64,000 nucleotides of DNA, taken from Blastocystis sp. Blastoise. Taxonomy: Eukaryota; Protista; Bigyra: Opalinata. Under the pieces are notes generated by a model. It was not told where the DNA came from and did no database searches. It worked only from the letters and a program-made list of their open reading frames with translations. The DNA is taken from contig JBBPEB010000004.1 in the NCBI GenBank assembly GCA_039096225.1, forward strand, positions 620,001-684,000, in the 5' to 3' direction. A program made the position numbers and the translations under genes. Position 1 is the first letter of the stretch, and each line of letters opens with the position of its first letter. Of the stretch, positions 63,901 through 64,000 are shown piece after piece.

Positions 63901-64000
63901 TTATGAAGGACCTATATTACAAGCAATGAGAAATGGTTATTGGATTGTTTTTCAAAATATACAAAATGCTAAAAATGATTTATTAGAACGATTTAATAGT
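53700..64000 (+). CDS. Midasin/Rea1-like multi-AAA+ ATPase (MoxR-type modules), 3'-partial; start and upstream exon linkage uncertain
   Basis: Reading frame from 57975 is consistent to the window end: LLLQGSTSMGKS..LILDE..ATQNP, LSPALKNRF, LEGPSSSGKT, LLEGDPGIGKT..FDEVNLA..TQNP, LYGPSPSGKN..GPILQAMRNGYWIV. Confidence 0.8.
55645..56210 (+). repeat. Coding tandem repeat, (N)n-[IMK]-PPI[GC], about 20 units
   Basis: Repeated CC(A/T)CCTATAGGT(A/T)ATAAT within ORF 54492..56330. Confidence 0.9.

Overview
AT-rich eukaryotic (protist-like) DNA with short GT-AG introns and the standard code. Positions 1-~35,200 are a nested mobile-element cluster. (i) A head-to-tail array (period 8,591 bp) of an intact single-ORF non-LTR retrotransposon (RT + CCHC + restriction-like endonuclease). 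Each copy is followed by the same 35-bp block, made of the 3' 24 nt of a tRNA (tRNA-Lys-like) plus a T-run; this fits a tRNA-targeting element whose long target-site duplication would leave the tRNA intact. (ii) A diverged relic of the same element's 5' end. (iii) A 180-bp hAT-type MITE. (iv) A probable non-autonomous Helitron end. (v) An intact Helitron whose RepHel gene can be modelled as 15 exons with only phase-1 introns, including ten tandem symmetric micro-exons. (vi) A DD35D pogo/Fot1-like transposon. (vii) Degenerate ~245-bp repeats. Positions ~35,900-64,000 hold host genes: tRNA-Leu(AAG), a Rab1-like GTPase, a large degenerate-kinesin/coiled-coil/FYVE gene, an MFS-like transporter, a variant GATA-finger protein and a midasin-like multi-AAA+ protein that runs off the window. 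Exon models were built by eye and no searches were run.
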